The notes below the pieces were generated by a model. The model searched no databases. It worked only from the letters and a program-made list of their open reading frames with translations, and was not told where the DNA came from. This document shows positions 1 to 9,025 of a stretch of DNA of 64,000 nt, in pieces. The stretch is from a bacterium (GTDB lineage: Bacteria; Patescibacteriota; Dojkabacteria; GCA-016699595; JBAXKR01), in the NCBI GenBank assembly GCA_037131125.1, contig JBAXRR010000002.1, positions 21,605-85,604 of the forward strand, given 5' to 3'. Position 1 is the first letter of the stretch, and each line of letters starts with the position of its first letter. Position numbers and translations under genes: made by a program.

Positions 1-565
1 AAAATGCATTACTTTCATTAAGTACCTCCGATAATATTTGAGAATTGGGATTCTGAAGAAAAACAATACTATCATTACTAATATCTTTATCAAATTCTCC
101 ATAACTTGGAGATGGGATTTGAAGAGTTTCAAGTACAGGTGCTGTTTCAAGTGAAGGATAGTCAGTTTCTACATTCTTAAGTCCTGTTGTAATTTTGTAA
201 TAGTACTTCGAATTAGGTTTCAGTCCTGTTATTGTTACATGATGAGTATACCTATCTTTTGATTCTGATCTATCATCTTGAAAGAATTTCTTATTAAATT
301 GATTAAATATACTGAAGTTATTGAATTCATTAACTACAACATATGGATTACTTGGTTCACTTGTTAGAAAAGTTACCGTTGCACTACTGTCTGTAATGTT
401 TGTGATTTGAAGATTACTAACAATAAGAGATGGTTCAGATAAATACTTGATAACTATAGTAAAAAGAATTAGTGAGATAATGACTACGGAAGTAGCGATT
501 AAAAGCTTTATCCCTCTAAAGGCAACAAAGTGATTAACGATTATATTCTTCTCATTTAATTTCAT
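1..565 (-). CDS. Partial N-terminal part of a surface protein with an N-terminal membrane anchor and an FN3-like domain; runs off the window start. Paralog of the adjacent 848-aa gene.
   Basis: Reverse-strand translation from the ATG (complement of 563..565) gives MKLNEKNIIVNHFVAFRGIKLLIATSVVIISLILFTIVIKYLSEPSLIVSNLQITNITDSSATVTF...HHVTITGLKPNSKYYYKI. The TM helix plus FN3/purple-acid-phosphatase-N-like motif is the same as in the 585..3131 protein. No stop codon before the window edge. Confidence 0.55.
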   Translation of the reverse strand, partial: MKLNEKNIIVNHFVAFRGIKLLIATSVVIISLILFTIVIKYLSEPSLIVSNLQITNITDSSATVTFLTSEPSNPYVVVNEFNNFSIFNQFNKKFFQDDRSESKDRYTHHVTITGLKPNSKYYYKITTGLKNVETDYPSLETAPVLETLQIPSPSYGEFDKDISNDSIVFLQNPNSQILSEVLNESNAF

Positions 566-584
566 TCGGACTAATTATTATCAC

Positions 585-3131
585 TTAGTATGTATTTACA
601 CTCTTGCCACCCTTCGTAGCTCTTACAAAATATCCAGATGTTTCATCTATTACAAAGTCTTGACCATATACTGTTCCTGAATCTTTTACTAAGTTTCCAT
701 ATCTTCCATCTGAATACTTAGTTACTGTATCTACAGTAACTCCATCTGTTTTGTTAATCCCATCTAACAATACTGAAGCCTTCTTATTTGCATCTGTTCT
801 AAAGCCTAGAAGATTCCATCCAGTAGAAACATATACTGGATTTTGTTTTTCGATTTTCTTTCCATCTAATTTCAATGTTACTGCTTGATGAACTCTCACG
901 AAGTATCCTTCTCCTGGAACTAGATTGTAATCTTGTCCTAATACAATCCCAGCTCTTTGACTATACATTACCCATTTACCGTTTCTATATGTTGCAACAT
1001 GTGTAGCATATCCTCCCTGATTAGTAATCTCATCTAAAAGATTCTTTGCTGTTTTGATGCTAGAACTGACTAAATTAAAACTAATTAAGTTCCAGCCCAC
1101 TTTTAAATCCCAAATAGTAGTATCACTTACTTTCTCAATCTTTACATCAAGAGGAGTAGTTATGAATGGCTCATTATCTTGTTTTATTCCATCTCCATTT
1201 AAATCCTCAAAGAAGTTAATTTTCAAATTATTACTATCTATGACCTTAACCTCTTTATTTGTTAAATTATATCCACTGATTGAATTTATTTTGTATGTCC
1301 CAATACCATCGACTGGAACAGTAGTTTGAGAACTAGAATCGCTCACTCCAAGAACAGCTGCAGCATTAAGGTTACTTTGGATATGGTTATTCATTGCTGG
1401 CTTCGGTCCTACACCAACATAACTTCCATGTCCACAAACCTTAACTCCAGTGTTTGATAGGACTACAGATGTACCCGATGGACAGCAATTGTGTGGTGAA
1501 GTATCAACATCCGAATCGCTAACACAGACCATTGAACCAGACATTTTACCCTGGCAATCTAAACCTTTTCCACATTGATCTACATTTGTAGCTTTTACTA
1601 CTTCTTTTGAAGGAGAATTTACAACGGAAGTTGTTGTTGTAAGATTTGGAATGGAATTTGAATCTCCGCAAAACTTAGATTCTCCTCGGGTAACTACAGA
1701 TTTTCCAGATGCACAACAATATATTGTCGTCGAGTTAGTTGGATCCGTACATGGGGATGCCCCATCCATTTTACCTTGACAATCTAAACCTTTTCCACAT
1801 TTAGGAAGTGTAAGTGTAGAAAGGTTACTTGGATTTCCGCATCTTTCCACTCCATTATCCAAGGTCTTACTCTGACCTGGTGGACAGCAACTCACATGGG
1901 TACCATCTGTTTGAACACATTCAGACGAACCTGTGATATATGTCCCACACGTTAAACCTTCAATGTTGCCACATGGTTTCACATCAGCACCTGGTGTTGG
2001 GACTAGGTCTGGCACTTTATTTGGCTTTGTATCACTAGGCGCAGCTACTGGCTTCTTACACTCATCAGCTTTCCCTGCTTTGTTTTCTTGACACTGACCT
2101 ACTCCACAAGGGTTTGAAACACTACCGATACCTTTACCGCTACAATGATATAAATCGCCACCTCCACCACAGTAATCACCTGCGGTTAGACATGCTTGTT
2201 TCGCAAGATCTTCTTTTGCTTTTACATCACCCTCCTGTTTAAGTCCAGTTCCAGTGGTTGTTGCTGGGGCTTGTGTTGGTGTATCAGAACATACTTCAGT
2301 ACTTTCTCCATGTGAACCCCAACACTTACCATATCCATCTGGTCCATTTGGCTTATCTGAAGGACATGGGCGACAGACTCTAGCTGCATATACAGAATCT
2401 ATAATATTTGTCGATAATGAAAATACTGAACTAACAATAGTTCCTGAATCTACTATCTTTGTTAGATCCATTGGTTGATCTACACCGACAGCTGATTCAT
2501 AAGAAGTAAAACTATCTTTTGTATATATGCTTATTTTAATCTTGTCACCCTGCTTATATGTACCTCTTGTGTTTGTCTTATCTAACGAGAAGGCTCTTGT
2601 ATCATTTAGGTAGGTAGATAGTTCAAGACCGTCATTTATTTTTGCATATACTATTGAGTCCAAAGTAGTTTCAGTTGGAAAAGATCCATACATAGGATCA
2701 GGAGTTACTAAATCATCATTTACTTTAAGTGTTTCTAAAGATGGATATGTAGTTTCAAATGTTTTAAACATTCCAGCAATTCTATAGTAGTACTTACTTT
2801 CAGGATTAAGATTTGTAACTGTTACATGATGAGTAAATCTTGATGTTGTAGTATTCACATCTCTATCATCAAAGAATCTTGGTTTACTAAAATTTGTCAG
2901 TATATCGAATTTGTTATCTGAAGATACAATTACTGCTCCTCTTGATGCCTCATTGCTCTCCCAAGAAACAGTTGCAGAAGAATCTGTTAAATTAGTTATC
3001 CTAATATTCTTCGCATTAATTACAGGGTCGGTAATATATGAATACAAAAGGTAAATCAACATTATTCCAACTCCAACTGAAATTGCAATTAGAAAAACTT
3101 TACCAAATGTAGCCAATTTTTTACCAGTCAT
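585..3131 (-). CDS. Large Cys-rich surface protein: N-terminal signal anchor, FN3-like domain, Pro/Thr linker, repeated Cys-rich modules (KCGKGLDCQGKM twice) and a C-terminal beta-rich domain.
   Basis: 848-aa ORF. N-terminal hydrophobic helix. FN3 signature (ATVSWES...HHVTVTNLNPESKYYYRI). Dozens of Cys in CxxC/CG motifs. No C-terminal sorting signal. Confidence 0.6.
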   Translation of the reverse strand: MTGKKLATFGKVFLIAISVGVGIMLIYLLYSYITDPVINAKNIRITNLTDSSATVSWESNEASRGAVIVSSDNKFDILTNFSKPRFFDDRDVNTTTSRFTHHVTVTNLNPESKYYYRIAGMFKTFETTYPSLETLKVNDDLVTPDPMYGSFPTETTLDSIVYAKINDGLELSTYLNDTRAFSLDKTNTRGTYKQGDKIKISIYTKDSFTSYESAVGVDQPMDLTKIVDSGTIVSSVFSLSTNIIDSVYAARVCRPCPSDKPNGPDGYGKCWGSHGESTEVCSDTPTQAPATTTGTGLKQEGDVKAKEDLAKQACLTAGDYCGGGGDLYHCSGKGIGSVSNPCGVGQCQENKAGKADECKKPVAAPSDTKPNKVPDLVPTPGADVKPCGNIEGLTCGTYITGSSECVQTDGTHVSCCPPGQSKTLDNGVERCGNPSNLSTLTLPKCGKGLDCQGKMDGASPCTDPTNSTTIYCCASGKSVVTRGESKFCGDSNSIPNLTTTTSVVNSPSKEVVKATNVDQCGKGLDCQGKMSGSMVCVSDSDVDTSPHNCCPSGTSVVLSNTGVKVCGHGSYVGVGPKPAMNNHIQSNLNAAAVLGVSDSSSQTTVPVDGIGTYKINSISGYNLTNKEVKVIDSNNLKINFFEDLNGDGIKQDNEPFITTPLDVKIEKVSDTTIWDLKVGWNLISFNLVSSSIKTAKNLLDEITNQGGYATHVATYRNGKWVMYSQRAGIVLGQDYNLVPGEGYFVRVHQAVTLKLDGKKIEKQNPVYVSTGWNLLGFRTDANKKASVLLDGINKTDGVTVDTVTKYSDGRYGNLVKDSGTVYGQDFVIDETSGYFVRATKGGKSVNTY

Positions 3132-3207
3132 TTTTAAAGATATATAATTTAATACTACTATATTAATTAGTATTCAAAGAGAATGCAATTCATTCAAATA
3201 TATTCGT

Positions 3208-4116
3208 TTGATAAATTTTTATCTCCAATGTATCTTAGAAATTACTATGTCACTGCAATCTTACAAAAAGGCTCCAATAAAAAATAAAGAGATATCACAT
3301 GAGGAAGTTCGAGATTTACTGATAATAAAAAAGAAACAAAAAGATGAGGTTAAAGAAAGCTCACTATGGAAAAATATTAGTAGTAGTTACCATAAGTTTT
3401 TAAAGAACTATTCTGGATCCCGTTGGATTGGATTAATCGTCCCTTCAATATTCATACTACTTGGAATAATTTTGTTAATAACTCAAATTACTCCACAAAT
3501 TCTTGCATTTATTCAAACAAATATTTTGAATAACAGTTTGAGTCCAATATCCGCAGTAAATGAAAACTATTACAAAGATAAACTAGCATATATATCCTCT
3601 CCTCAAAGTGGATACTTTTCAGAAATAATCTCATCATCTAATTTTGGAGGAACAGATACTGTAAGCTCTAACTATAAAGGTTCATTCTACTTAGATATTC
3701 CTAAGATTAATACAGTTCATGCAAAAGTAACTGCTAATGTAAAAAGTGATATAGAAAGTACATACAAACCAATTCTTGAAAGTAGTTTAGCTCACTTCGC
3801 AGGTACTCCAATCCCAGGACAAAATGGCAATGTCTTTATATATGGTCACTCAATAGATCCAACTGTGTATAGATACGATCCGAACAATCCAGTTGTAGAA
3901 TTTACAAAGTTAGGAGGACTTAATACTGGAGATAAAATATATGTAGAAATGGATACAAAGAAGATTGAATATACTGTTAGTCAAATAAAGATTATTAATC
4001 CAACAGATACAAATGTGTTAGATAACAAAGGTGGTAAAACACTTACACTTATGACTTGTTATCCATTTGGAAATAACGCAAAAAGACTTATTGTAATTGC
4101 TAGACAAGAAGACTAA
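3208..4116 (+). CDS. Sortase-family transpeptidase, membrane-anchored.
   Basis: Catalytic triad signatures are present: His in NVFIYGHSID, Cys in TLTLMTCYPF (the TLxTC sortase motif) and Arg in RLIVIARQ. An N-terminal TM helix precedes the catalytic domain. Confidence 0.75.
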   Translation: MINFYLQCILEITMSLQSYKKAPIKNKEISHEEVRDLLIIKKKQKDEVKESSLWKNISSSYHKFLKNYSGSRWIGLIVPSIFILLGIILLITQITPQILAFIQTNILNNSLSPISAVNENYYKDKLAYISSPQSGYFSEIISSSNFGGTDTVSSNYKGSFYLDIPKINTVHAKVTANVKSDIESTYKPILESSLAHFAGTPIPGQNGNVFIYGHSIDPTVYRYDPNNPVVEFTKLGGLNTGDKIYVEMDTKKIEYTVSQIKIINPTDTNVLDNKGGKTLTLMTCYPFGNNAKRLIVIARQED

Positions 4117-4931
4117 TCCTTCTCTACTTCCTCTATATCTTCGTTATTAATAGCCGATCTTCCAAGTTGTTTTTCAATCTCATCTTTTGCAACTTTAGAA
4201 ACACTACCACCTTTCATTACTACATCAATATTTTGCTTCATATCTTGAGGTGCTTTTTCTTTAGATATTTCAGTAGTTGAAACTTCAGCCAACATATTAA
4301 GAACAGATTCAAGATTTGTCATGTTATCTTTTAAGTTCTCTTTACGAAGTCCTTTAAGTTTTTTGTATTCCTTTACACTCATACCAGACCATGTTTCAGT
4401 TAAAAGGTTGGAAAGAATAGCAAAATCAGTTTCTTCTTTTACACCTCTTTCTCTCCATTCATCTGTTAATTCTTTTCGAATCTCAATACTTTTAAGTCTT
4501 TGATTAATCCAATCCGGTGAGTATCCTTTTTGAAGATAAGTTCTAATAGTTCTATTAATAGCTAATTCAGGATCTTCAGTTTCCTGAATCCTTTGGTATC
4601 CAACCTCAGCAAGCCATAACTTAAAAGGTTCCGCTTTAGGAGATGGAATAGATTGGATTAATCTGAGTATAGTTTCTGTGTCTGCAACATCAGTCTCTCG
4701 TAATTTTCCATCTGGAGCTAACATTTTAAAACGTCCGATTTTATCGGACAGTTGACTTCCCTCTTTTTCTAGTTTTACCTTTAAATCATTCCAATATTTT
4801 CTTGGACGGTCTGTTTCTGTTAATACCTCAACTATATCAATGACAGAAAAATACCAGAGTTCTTTTTCATTATCCCAGTGCCTTCTTACTTTCTTTCCAT
4901 TAAAAAGAATTATTGAGTTTTCTTTATTCAT
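4113..4931 (-). CDS. Bro-N domain protein / DinD-like (DNA-damage-inducible protein D family).
   Basis: N-terminus (ILFNGKKVRRHWDNEKELWYFSVIDIVEVLTETDRPRKYWNDLKVKL) matches the Bro-N pattern. The C-terminal half resembles E. coli DinD in architecture. Its stop overlaps the sortase stop by 4 nt, convergently. Confidence 0.5.
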   Translation of the reverse strand: MNKENSIILFNGKKVRRHWDNEKELWYFSVIDIVEVLTETDRPRKYWNDLKVKLEKEGSQLSDKIGRFKMLAPDGKLRETDVADTETILRLIQSIPSPKAEPFKLWLAEVGYQRIQETEDPELAINRTIRTYLQKGYSPDWINQRLKSIEIRKELTDEWRERGVKEETDFAILSNLLTETWSGMSVKEYKKLKGLRKENLKDNMTNLESVLNMLAEVSTTEISKEKAPQDMKQNIDVVMKGGSVSKVAKDEIEKQLGRSAINNEDIEEVEKD

Positions 4932-5059
4932 AGAACTAAAAATATTAACTAATTTTGAAAGGATTGTAACAATGTGAAGGTTAGAAGAAGATTAGAGATC
5001 TGTAAGAAAAGTATTCGAGATGAATGTAAAGAATAATCATTTTTAGATTTATGTTAGGC

Positions 5060-5103
5060 AAAAAAAATAGGTCAGAGTGTAAATAAATACAAACTAACCT
5101 ATT
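5060..5103 (-). terminator. Candidate rho-independent terminator for the 5117..7105 gene.
   Basis: Inverted repeat AATAGGT(5066..5072)/ACCTATT(5097..5103) with an extendable imperfect stem. On the minus strand it is followed by a U8 run (the plus-strand A8 at 5060..5067). It lies 14 nt downstream of the gene stop. Confidence 0.4.
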
Positions 5104-5116
5104 AAAATCTCAGTTA

Positions 5117-7105
5117 CTATTCTTCGTCACTTTCTATGACACTCTTCTCATATTCCTTCTTTGCTAGTTCTGGATCAACATACTTAAGTATAGAAGTTCC
5201 AAATACACCAACTAGTGCTGGAGTTAAAAGACTCATTACCACTTTACTTCTAAGAAGAATAATTCCTAATAGGATTAATACAAATCCAAACATTAATCCT
5301 AGTCTATTGTCATCAAATAATGCAGTTGAAGGTACTGAGGATGTACCACAGCTACATTCATTAGCATTTGGACATGCTGGATTTCTACATTGTCCTTTAC
5401 TACATGCATAACCATTTGGACATTGATCATTTGTTGTACAAGTTGATCCACATGTTGAACATGTACATCCATTTAAACATTTACCTCCATTAGCACACTG
5501 TCCTACTGATCCAACTGGATCACACATTTCTCCAGCATCTACTGTTCCATTACCACACTGAGGAACTGGTGCAGAACAATTTGTATATTTAAATCTAAAT
5601 CCTCTAAATCCAGTACCCGTAGCTAAATTACTAGCTGCAGTAATTTTACAATTAGCATAACTACTCTTTGCACTTGAACTATCACAATAGAAGTTTGGAG
5701 TCACTCCTGTTGAACATCCAGCTGGAGTTAGAGCACTTGTTGCTGCCATACAATTCTCAGCAAACTTAGTTTTTAACTGAGATGTTGGAAGTCCGTTATT
5801 AAATGTACTTGGTAATGTAGCAACATCTGCAGCTACTATTACACCAGCTGTAGAAAAACTAAATTGAGAACTTGTATAGTATCCATCTGCATCTGTAGTT
5901 GCATTAATAGTTGTTGAACCATATGTTACAGCAACAGTTGCACCTGCTATAGGAACTGGTTGTCCACCAGTATCCTGACAATATACCCTACCACCAATCA
6001 TGGCATCTAGAGAAGAGGGAATAATAGGGGCACTTGAAACTGTTGAAGAAGATTTACTAGTTGAAGTTGTAGGTTTAATTGTACAGTTTGCACATTTGTT
6101 AATGTTGTTTGCACCACACTGTGTTCCTGGACAATTAAAATCCAATTGGCCACAATCTGGAATAGCAACATTACAATCTACTGCATGACAATTCTTTCTA
6201 CATTCTTGTCCACCATTGTAATCACATTGACTACCACATTCACATAACTGACATGAACCAGATGCATTACTCGAACCAGCACATAACGCGCTATTTGCGC
6301 CACTATTTAAAATACACTGTCCAAAATTTGCTGAGTTTGGTGTTTTATTTAAACAATACCCTGCCTGACAACTTCCTGCTACACATGCAACATTTTGGTT
6401 AACTGCTGACCCCAAACTACCTGGAGAACCTGCTGTCCCCCCAACACATTTATACTGACATAAATCAGTTCTTCCTGCTACACAGTTTCCAGGGCCACAC
6501 CAAACATCTCCTGAAGCAGTACATCCTCCAGAAGCTCCACCAGAATTATTCCAACACCCCCCAACAGCTTTACATGCAGCTTCATTACCAGAAATGTTTT
6601 GACAAGAATTATTTACACAAACTTGATCACCATTGCAAGCTGGACCACTTCCACATTTAGAAGGTGTCGTCGAAACTGCTTTACAACTTCCACCATCTAC
6701 ATGATTTCCATTGTTACAAAAAGAAGCCCCACCATTAACATTAAAATCACCATTTGAATAATGTGCACGAACACACCCTACCTGCCCTCCGCTTGGTGTA
6801 CAACAAATATCAACACAGTATTGTGGATCTCCCTGTGGACTTCCTGCATCATTAGACTTGTTGGATTGCGTCGTGTCACCTGTACAACTAGCAGCAACTG
6901 TTTTTCCAGTTTCAGTTTGTGACCAACATTTATTGTCTTTATCAGGTCCTTGATAACCACCTGGACATGAACAAGATGATGCTTTTGTTGGTGCAGATAT
7001 TTGATTCTGTTGAAGCCTATATCCTACGAATACAGCGACTCCTCCTAGGACAATCGTAGAAACAATCATTATAATTAGAATAATTCTTGTTTTGTTAAGT
7101 CTCAT
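5117..7105 (-). CDS. Cys-rich membrane-anchored surface protein with both N-terminal and C-terminal TM helices.
   Basis: 662-aa ORF with an N-terminal TM (IILIIMIVSTIVLGGVAVFVGY). The ectodomain is very Cys/Gly/Asn-rich. The C-terminal hydrophobic segment LGLMFGFVLILLGIILL+RSK is followed by a ~45-aa tail. Confidence 0.6.
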   Translation of the reverse strand: MRLNKTRIILIIMIVSTIVLGGVAVFVGYRLQQNQISAPTKASSCSCPGGYQGPDKDNKCWSQTETGKTVAASCTGDTTQSNKSNDAGSPQGDPQYCVDICCTPSGGQVGCVRAHYSNGDFNVNGGASFCNNGNHVDGGSCKAVSTTPSKCGSGPACNGDQVCVNNSCQNISGNEAACKAVGGCWNNSGGASGGCTASGDVWCGPGNCVAGRTDLCQYKCVGGTAGSPGSLGSAVNQNVACVAGSCQAGYCLNKTPNSANFGQCILNSGANSALCAGSSNASGSCQLCECGSQCDYNGGQECRKNCHAVDCNVAIPDCGQLDFNCPGTQCGANNINKCANCTIKPTTSTSKSSSTVSSAPIIPSSLDAMIGGRVYCQDTGGQPVPIAGATVAVTYGSTTINATTDADGYYTSSQFSFSTAGVIVAADVATLPSTFNNGLPTSQLKTKFAENCMAATSALTPAGCSTGVTPNFYCDSSSAKSSYANCKITAASNLATGTGFRGFRFKYTNCSAPVPQCGNGTVDAGEMCDPVGSVGQCANGGKCLNGCTCSTCGSTCTTNDQCPNGYACSKGQCRNPACPNANECSCGTSSVPSTALFDDNRLGLMFGFVLILLGIILLRSKVVMSLLTPALVGVFGTSILKYVDPELAKKEYEKSVIESDEE

Positions 7106-7182
7106 ACCTGACAGATAACATGTATATAAATATACCGATGATATAGACTAATAAATTTCTAATATGAAGTAAAGAGATTTGA

Positions 7183-9012
7183 TTATTTTCCTGGCCATTT
7201 CATATCCCAATCTTTCACAAGATACCTTGCTTCAAATTGTTCTTTGCTTAGAGGATATAGATATGTAAGAGGATAATAGTAAAAATAACTAACAAGAGAT
7301 GCTAAAACAATCAAAGCAAATATTACTCCCTTAATTATTATCGCAGGATTTCCTGAAGTATCTAATTTACTTGCAAGATTTTTCATTGCTGATATTACTT
7401 TGTTTTCTTTCTTCATAGATCCCTCTACTTTCTTTTCAAATTCTTCTCTTTGTTGTCCCTTTGTTTCTGTAAATACTCTTTGGTTCAATACTCTATCTAC
7501 TGCTTGCATAACTACATCTTTAAGAGCAACTCCGAAGATAATAAAGGAGAACATAAGTGCTGGAATGTAATGATAAAGATACATAACTCTTGAAATGAAG
7601 GCATAAGGTAACCAATTTGCAAAGAAAAGCATGATAAGGAGAGCATGAACAATGTTAATTCTTCTTCCTTCAAAGAAATCCACAATAATCTTAGAAAAAA
7701 GTAATACTATTCCAATTATTCCAAATGCCCAATTAATTGGATTTCCCATTAGATAAACAAATGAATACTCCTCTGAGTTATCTGTTTGCCAGTAGTAACT
7801 TATTGTTCTTGACATAATTGGCCAAGTTAACCACTTACTTCCAATCTCATCCTTCTTTGTAAAGTCTAATTCAGGAACATATCTTTCATATTTATTCGAC
7901 AACTCATATTGAGAATATAGTTTACAAAGGAAAGTAGCGTTATGAGTACCATTCTTTAAGTCATTGTAATAGTCGGGACAGTAGTCTCTAATTTCCTCAG
8001 CAGAGTCAGCGAAGGTAGTTATTTTACTAAAGTGCCATGCAAATACTCCTGAGTAGACTATAAATGCTAGAGCAATAACTACTAAAACCTTAGCAGTTAC
8101 ACTCAAAATATATTTAGCAAAAACTATTCGACTTGAATCTCTCCATGCTTTCATTTTTCTTTTGAGTATTTCAACTGCAACTCCAGTACTTGGTAATACT
8201 GATCCTCTTTTAAGTAGTCTTTCAGAAACAAGATCTAAATACTTTGAATCTTGCCTTGCTTGTCTTACAGAAATTAGAATTAGAATAAATGGGAGAACAG
8301 ATAATGCAAACCATTTTGTTGAAACCGCAGTTCCTAAAGCTAAACCAGTAATTAATAGGTATATATTACTTTCATTCAATAGATACTTAATTGTGTAAAG
8401 GATCTTTGAAGTCTTAAACTTAGAAAGTGAGAAATGATTAAGCGCAGATTTGTAGTACTTAATTGAAAAATATATTGGAAGTAACATAAAGAAAAGTAGA
8501 AACTGCGTAATAAGTGCATATCTAGATTCTACTATGAAGATATTTTCAAATACTCCAAGCAGTGACACAAGTAGCGGAAAAAAATAGTTAGGATCTTTTC
8601 TTCTTTTCCAGTTAATAAATTCAAAAGCTACGAGGAATAACATTATGGGAACTAAAGATCCAAATACTCTTGGAAAGAATCTAATTCCGTCCATGTTAAG
8701 TGGAGTCTTGTAGTTATCTACTTTATTTGCAAGCTTAGATGGATCTATTAAACTAGTTGCACTAGGATTGAACATCTTCATTCCATAGTACATGAACATA
8801 CGTGCAAGATGAGGATGGGGATCAAAGAAATACTTTCCAACTGCATAACTTTCAACTTGAGGAACAAAGTAAGATTCATCAAACACCATTCCATTTGTTG
8901 GACTTACAGGTGGATAGAATCTTGTAAGAATAGATATGGTAAGGAGAAATATAACAATAGTTATTTTAGTAATATCTATCTCTTTGATTTTTTTTATCAG
9001 TGTATTCTTCAA
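7183..9012 (-). CDS. GT-C fold glycosyltransferase, family GT39 / PMT-like (dolichyl- or polyprenyl-phosphate-mannose protein mannosyltransferase family).
   Basis: Polytopic membrane protein. The loop-1 signature FDESYFVPQVESYAVGKYFFDPHPHLARMFMYYG matches the PMT-family DE...HPPL motif region. Confidence 0.7.
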   Translation of the reverse strand: MKNTLIKKIKEIDITKITIVIFLLTISILTRFYPPVSPTNGMVFDESYFVPQVESYAVGKYFFDPHPHLARMFMYYGMKMFNPSATSLIDPSKLANKVDNYKTPLNMDGIRFFPRVFGSLVPIMLFLVAFEFINWKRRKDPNYFFPLLVSLLGVFENIFIVESRYALITQFLLFFMLLPIYFSIKYYKSALNHFSLSKFKTSKILYTIKYLLNESNIYLLITGLALGTAVSTKWFALSVLPFILILISVRQARQDSKYLDLVSERLLKRGSVLPSTGVAVEILKRKMKAWRDSSRIVFAKYILSVTAKVLVVIALAFIVYSGVFAWHFSKITTFADSAEEIRDYCPDYYNDLKNGTHNATFLCKLYSQYELSNKYERYVPELDFTKKDEIGSKWLTWPIMSRTISYYWQTDNSEEYSFVYLMGNPINWAFGIIGIVLLFSKIIVDFFEGRRINIVHALLIMLFFANWLPYAFISRVMYLYHYIPALMFSFIIFGVALKDVVMQAVDRVLNQRVFTETKGQQREEFEKKVEGSMKKENKVISAMKNLASKLDTSGNPAIIIKGVIFALIVLASLVSYFYYYPLTYLYPLSKEQFEARYLVKDWDMKWPGK

Positions 9013-9025
9013 TTCAATATATATC

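Noticed and set aside
1054-2478. Antisense ORFs nested inside the 848-aa gene (1054..1329, 2254..2478). Analogous nested or antisense ORFs occur throughout: 4321..4503, 5136..5411, 6000..6188, 6778..6960, 8162..8398, 8809..9300, 9964..10158, 11965..12174, 13752..14003, 16440..16640, 17206..17388, 20649..20849, 22243..23364, 23506..23835, 23860..24081, 28040..28267, 29367..29838, 29822..30064, 32703..32990, 34593..34844, 36250..41741, 43844..45218, 45706..45915, 46744..47907, 48854..49060, 50255..50503, 51164..52861, 52936..53322, 53291..54877, 55160..55369, 55747..56058, 56607..56798, 58758..59453, 59999..60766, 61591..63330.
   Set aside because: Each lies wholly within, or antisense to, a longer ORF with clear homology or coding features. 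Their translations are low-complexity or hydrophobic runs typical of shadow ORFs in AT-rich DNA.
5117-5300. C-terminal 'SVPSTA + TM + RSK' of the 662-aa protein as a novel sortase or exosortase-type sorting signal.
   Set aside because: About 45 more residues follow the TM helix, which is atypical for C-terminal sorting signals. It is more simply a C-terminal TM anchor with a cytoplasmic tail.
3208-7105. Shared ILLGIILL motif in the TM helices of the sortase and the 662-aa Cys-rich protein, possibly marking a duplication.
   Set aside because: The underlying nucleotide sequences differ. This is most likely a coincidence of Ile/Leu/Gly-rich TM helices in an AT-rich genome.
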